Positions 60,360 through 64,000 of a stretch of DNA of 64,000 bases are shown piece by piece. This DNA comes from an uncultured Candidatus Saccharibacteria bacterium. GTDB taxonomy: Bacteria > Patescibacteriota > Doudnabacteria > UBA920. The stretch covers positions 44,889 through 108,888 of the forward strand of contig CAZHIA010000001.1 in the NCBI GenBank assembly GCA_964532425.1, read 5' to 3'. The translations under genes and the position numbers were made by a program. The notes under the pieces were generated by a model. It ran no database searches, was not told where the DNA came from, and saw only the letters and a program-made list of their open reading frames with translations. Positions within the stretch are counted from its first letter, which is position 1. Each line of letters opens with the position of its first letter.

Positions 60360-62231
60360 ATGTACGTCTATATCAACGGCAAGCGCCTCAATCTCGATCC
60401 GACGAAGTCGATCGGCAAAGGCGGCGAAGCTGACGTGTATGACATCGGCTCCGGGCTGGCAGGCAAGATCTTCAAGACTCCGGACCATCCGGATTTTGAG
60501 AACCAGCCGGTCGAACAGCATGCCGCAAAGATGCGCCTGGAAGAACATCAGCGAAAACTGCCGGCTTTCCCCAAAGGACTGCCGGAAACCGTGATCACGC
60601 CGCAGGACCTGCTCAAAAACCAGGCCGGCGACCGCATTCATGGTTACACCATGAAGTTCATTCGGGGCGCTGAACTCTTGCTCCGTTATTCGCAGCAGGA
60701 TTTCCGCCAGGCCGGCGTTTCGAGCAATGAGGTAGTAGAAGTCTTTCGAAATCTGCACACAACCGTCGACGGCATTCATAAAGCCAAGGCGGTGATCGGC
60801 GATTTCAACGACCTTAACTGCCTGGTGCTCAACAAGCAGGTTTACATTATCGATGCCGACAGTTTTGCGTTCGAGCAGTTCCCGTGCCGGGTGTTTACCC
60901 AGCGCTTTGTCGACCCGACCCTTTGCGATCCGAACGCGAACGCTCCGCTGCTGATGCAGCCGCACAACGACAATTCCGATTGGTACGCTTTTAGCGTAAT
61001 GCTCATGCAGTCGCTTCTGTTTGTCGATCCGTATGGCGGTATGTACCGTCCGAAGGATCCATCCAAACGAATTCCGCATGACAAGCGGCCGCTGCTGCGC
61101 GTAACCGTATTCGATCCGGAAGTGAGGTATCCGAAGCCGGCCATCCCGTATGGCAGGCTGCCGGACGACCTTCTTCAGTACTATCATAAGCTGCTCAAGG
61201 AAGATGCGCGCGGAACTTTTCCGTTCAAGCTGCTCCAGCAGCTCCGGTGGACCGTCTGTACCCAGTGCGGCACCGAGCATGCGCGAGGCGCTTGTCCGGA
61301 GTGCAAGTTCGCGGCCCCCGGGGCGGTGAAAGAGGTGACTCAGGTGCACGGCCAGGTTATTATCAGCAGAATTTTTACCACGCCGGGCACTATTCTGTAC
61401 TCTACCGTGCAGAAAGGGAAGCTTTTGTGGTTATACCATGAGAGCGACCAGTTCAAGCGGGAAGGTAATGTTGCCGTGCTGCCCGGGGAACTGGACCGCA
61501 ACCTGCGGTTTAGGATCCAGGGGCAGTCGACATTGCTCGGCAAAGGCAACACGATGGTCACTCTGACCCCGGACAAGCCTCCTTCACGGACCATGATCGA
61601 AAGCGTGGGAACGCTCCCGGTCTTTGACGCCAATAGCCAATTCAGTTATTGGATAGAGAACGGCCGGCTCATGCGGAGCGGTGAGTATGCTTCCGAGTAT
61701 CTCGGCGATGTTCTTTCCGGCCAGACCCTGTTCTGGGCCGGGGAGCGTGTCGGTTTCGGTTTTTACCGCGCCGGCAACCTCTGCGTGTTCTTTGTGTTCG
61801 ACGCCAAGAATCCGGGCATTAATGACCGGGTCAAGCTGCCGGTCCCGAAAGGCCAGCTGGTCGATGCGTATTGTCTGTTCTCAAGCGGGAGAATTTGGTT
61901 TTTCCTCTCTACGCGCGAAGCCGGCAAAACCATTAACCAGTGCATGGTCCTGAAGGAGAACGGCGAGCTGGAGGCGAGCGCCTCTCAGGAAGAAGGCTCA
62001 AATGGCTGGTTGTCTACATTGCGCGGCAAGTGTGCAACCGGCAATCTGCTATTTGCCCCCACGGACGAAGGAATCGTGCGCGTGGAACCGAAAGGCGGCA
62101 GCCTGGAAGTTACGAGCCGGTTCCCTGATACGGAACCGTTTGTGAATTCCGGCAGCCAGATGCATGTTGGCGCTGATGGATTGTATATCGTCGGCTCCAA
62201 AGAGATCGTTCGCCTGCAACTCAAGAAGTAG
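60360..62231 (+). CDS. Ser/Thr kinase-like protein (YegI-like) with Zn ribbon and beta-rich C terminus
   Basis: IGKGGEADVY, KIF, VIGDFNDLN, IDADS, SDWYAF; CTQC...CPEC. Confidence 0.85.
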   Translation: MYVYINGKRLNLDPTKSIGKGGEADVYDIGSGLAGKIFKTPDHPDFENQPVEQHAAKMRLEEHQRKLPAFPKGLPETVITPQDLLKNQAGDRIHGYTMKFIRGAELLLRYSQQDFRQAGVSSNEVVEVFRNLHTTVDGIHKAKAVIGDFNDLNCLVLNKQVYIIDADSFAFEQFPCRVFTQRFVDPTLCDPNANAPLLMQPHNDNSDWYAFSVMLMQSLLFVDPYGGMYRPKDPSKRIPHDKRPLLRVTVFDPEVRYPKPAIPYGRLPDDLLQYYHKLLKEDARGTFPFKLLQQLRWTVCTQCGTEHARGACPECKFAAPGAVKEVTQVHGQVIISRIFTTPGTILYSTVQKGKLLWLYHESDQFKREGNVAVLPGELDRNLRFRIQGQSTLLGKGNTMVTLTPDKPPSRTMIESVGTLPVFDANSQFSYWIENGRLMRSGEYASEYLGDVLSGQTLFWAGERVGFGFYRAGNLCVFFVFDAKNPGINDRVKLPVPKGQLVDAYCLFSSGRIWFFLSTREAGKTINQCMVLKENGELEASASQEEGSNGWLSTLRGKCATGNLLFAPTDEGIVRVEPKGGSLEVTSRFPDTEPFVNSGSQMHVGADGLYIVGSKEIVRLQLKK

Positions 62232-62335
62232 CGGGTTGCGGCAGAATTCCTTCTGTACTATTTTAGCGGCCTTGGCAACAGCCGGGTCGTAAGCAATTGC
62301 GTAAATCCATTCAAACAAAAAAAAGGAGAGAAGTT

Positions 62336-63400
62336 ATGACGACTTCCACGAAGTCTAATGTTATTGCGATCAATGAGTTTCCGCCGCATTACAACCCGGC
62401 GAACTCCCGCAAAGCCGACTACCAGGCGAACCCGACTCAACTGCAGAAGGCGGCTGAGGACTGGAAGAAGCGGTTCGGCCTGAAGCCGGTGGCCAGCGAC
62501 CAGAACCAGATCGTCGTGCTCGATATCGATGACCAGGGTGATTTCGACTTTCCGTCGGGCTCCTTGTTCGTCGCCGGGCGCAGCGGTACTGGTGCAATGG
62601 ATGCCATGCGTCGCCGCGTCGAATTCGGCTATCGCTACATGGCAAACATCTCGGAATGGATCGACACGATGGACAGCCATCTGCCATACCAGGTGTTCTA
62701 CGGCAGTGCCCATATGACGCGCGACGGCGAGCTGGTTCAGCCCAATACCATGATCTCGGCTGACGAATACAAGGGTGGCGTGTACCGGCCCAATCCGGCC
62801 ATGGCTGCCCAGATCGGTGCAGACACGAATTGGCTCCACCGTCAGTGGATCCATTACTGCGAGCGGCTCGAAGAAAGCGGCAAGTATAAGCTCTTCATTT
62901 GGCCGTACCACTGCATGATCGGTTCACCCGGCCATCGCCTGGCAGGCCTGACCGAAGAGTTCCGCCTGTTCCATTCGTTCGCCCGCGGCGCTGCCAATAA
63001 TCCCGAGATCAAGGGCGGCAACCCGCTAACCGAACATTACAGCATTTTCGCTCCCGAAGTGACCACGACGTGGGACGGCAAAACCATCCCCGGCGCGCAA
63101 AAGAACACCCGGCTCATTAACCGGCTGCTCCGCGCGCACCGTGTGTTCATCATCGGCGAGGCGGCGAGCCACTGCGTGCGCACGAGCATCGCCGACCTGC
63201 TGACCGAGATCAAAGCGGTCGATATCAAGCTGGCCCAGAAAGTGGTCATCTTGCGCGACTGCACTGCTGCAGTGGTTATCCCGAACGTGGTTGACTTCAC
63301 TGACGAGGCCGAGAAGGCGCTGCAGGAGTTCCAGGATGCCGGCATGAACGTGGTCAGCTCCACGGACTATGGCCGCATTGAGGAATTGATGGCGGCGTAA
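62336..63400 (+). CDS. Nicotinamidase/isochorismatase-family cysteine hydrolase
   Basis: DDQGDF..GSLFV, DSH, WPYHC..GS.GH, KG...TEHYS, GEAASHCV. Confidence 0.82.
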   Translation: MTTSTKSNVIAINEFPPHYNPANSRKADYQANPTQLQKAAEDWKKRFGLKPVASDQNQIVVLDIDDQGDFDFPSGSLFVAGRSGTGAMDAMRRRVEFGYRYMANISEWIDTMDSHLPYQVFYGSAHMTRDGELVQPNTMISADEYKGGVYRPNPAMAAQIGADTNWLHRQWIHYCERLEESGKYKLFIWPYHCMIGSPGHRLAGLTEEFRLFHSFARGAANNPEIKGGNPLTEHYSIFAPEVTTTWDGKTIPGAQKNTRLINRLLRAHRVFIIGEAASHCVRTSIADLLTEIKAVDIKLAQKVVILRDCTAAVVIPNVVDFTDEAEKALQEFQDAGMNVVSSTDYGRIEELMAA

Positions 63401-63455
63401 CAGCCGATCAAGATTTCAGAACCGACCGAAAACCAGACCGTACAGGAGATTGAAA

Positions 63456-64000
63456 ATGAACTACTCAACCCCAGACGTTTCGTCGTTGTTCCAGACTGCC
63501 CACGAAGAGGGCGATATTTCCGCAGCTTCCCTAAACGTGCTGAACATCGCTGACGTCGGCGCCGCCATTCAAGGCGCGCTCGGCGTGAACGTGAGCGTGG
63601 TTCAAGCGGGAGAGACCATGCTGGTGACCGTTGTTCCTGACGATTCCGGTTCCATCCGATTCGTCAGCGGCAATGCACAGGCTGTTCGCGAAGGCCACAA
63701 CGGCGTCATTGCCGCGCTGAAAGGCTCAAAGCAGACTTCCAACATCCTGGCCCAGTGCCGGTATCTGAACGGGACCGTGCTGTACCCGTTCGTGCCGTTG
63801 GACCAGGCAGTGCTGATGACTGCCCAGAACTACAATCCCAACCTCGGGACCCCGCTCTACGACCAGGCGGTGCTCGTGCTCGGCACGGTTATCGCCAAGT
63901 GCCAGGAGTTTATCGACAACGGCCAAGTCCCGCGCAGCGCCACGCTGTTTGTCACCGACGGCAAGGACGAGCATTCGCCCGTTTACGCCGGCGGTAAAGG
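63456..64000 (+). CDS. vWA domain protein (TerY-like), 3' truncated
   Basis: My translation MNYSTPDV... contains MIDAS DDSGS, GTPLYD and VTDG; AGGAG RBS; absent from the ORF track because it has no stop in the window. Confidence 0.85.
   Translation, partial: MNYSTPDVSSLFQTAHEEGDISAASLNVLNIADVGAAIQGALGVNVSVVQAGETMLVTVVPDDSGSIRFVSGNAQAVREGHNGVIAALKGSKQTSNILAQCRYLNGTVLYPFVPLDQAVLMTAQNYNPNLGTPLYDQAVLVLGTVIAKCQEFIDNGQVPRSATLFVTDGKDEHSPVYAGGK

Noticed and set aside
1-64000. Prophage, retron, DGR or group II intron
   Set aside because: No phage structural genes, integrase or reverse transcriptase motifs were seen.

Overview
Bacterial chromosomal window with about 70 genes, mostly on the + strand. 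Gene content (many orphans, little biosynthesis) and dense palindromic repeats suggest a Patescibacteria/CPR-type genome (inference). Left part: P1B ATPase, NatAB-like ABC exporter, SAM-I riboswitch plus metK, MltB-like transglycosylase, two Pif1-family helicases flanking htpX and radC, a large secreted lipase-like protein and galT. Middle: an AT-rich island with SNF2 helicase, an inserted gene, type III Mod and Res, then an alphaCTD-like protein, a GIY-YIG/DUF4357 nuclease and genes separated by recurrent perfect palindromes. Right part: macrodomain, REP-associated tyrosine transposase (RAYT), NDT-like protein and coaD, then the best candidate for a poorly described system. This is an NrtR regulator with two GTGTA-N5-TACAC operators, an SPFH plus atypical NAD-kinase operon, and an adjacent PP2C-kinase-nicotinamidase-vWA (TerY-P-like) operon that runs off the window end. 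Several REP/MITE families, nested insertions, in-frame REP insertions, a candidate leader-peptide attenuator and unannotated small ORFs were also seen. No rRNA, tRNA, CRISPR array or reverse transcriptase was found. All family calls come from reading motifs by eye, with no database searches.
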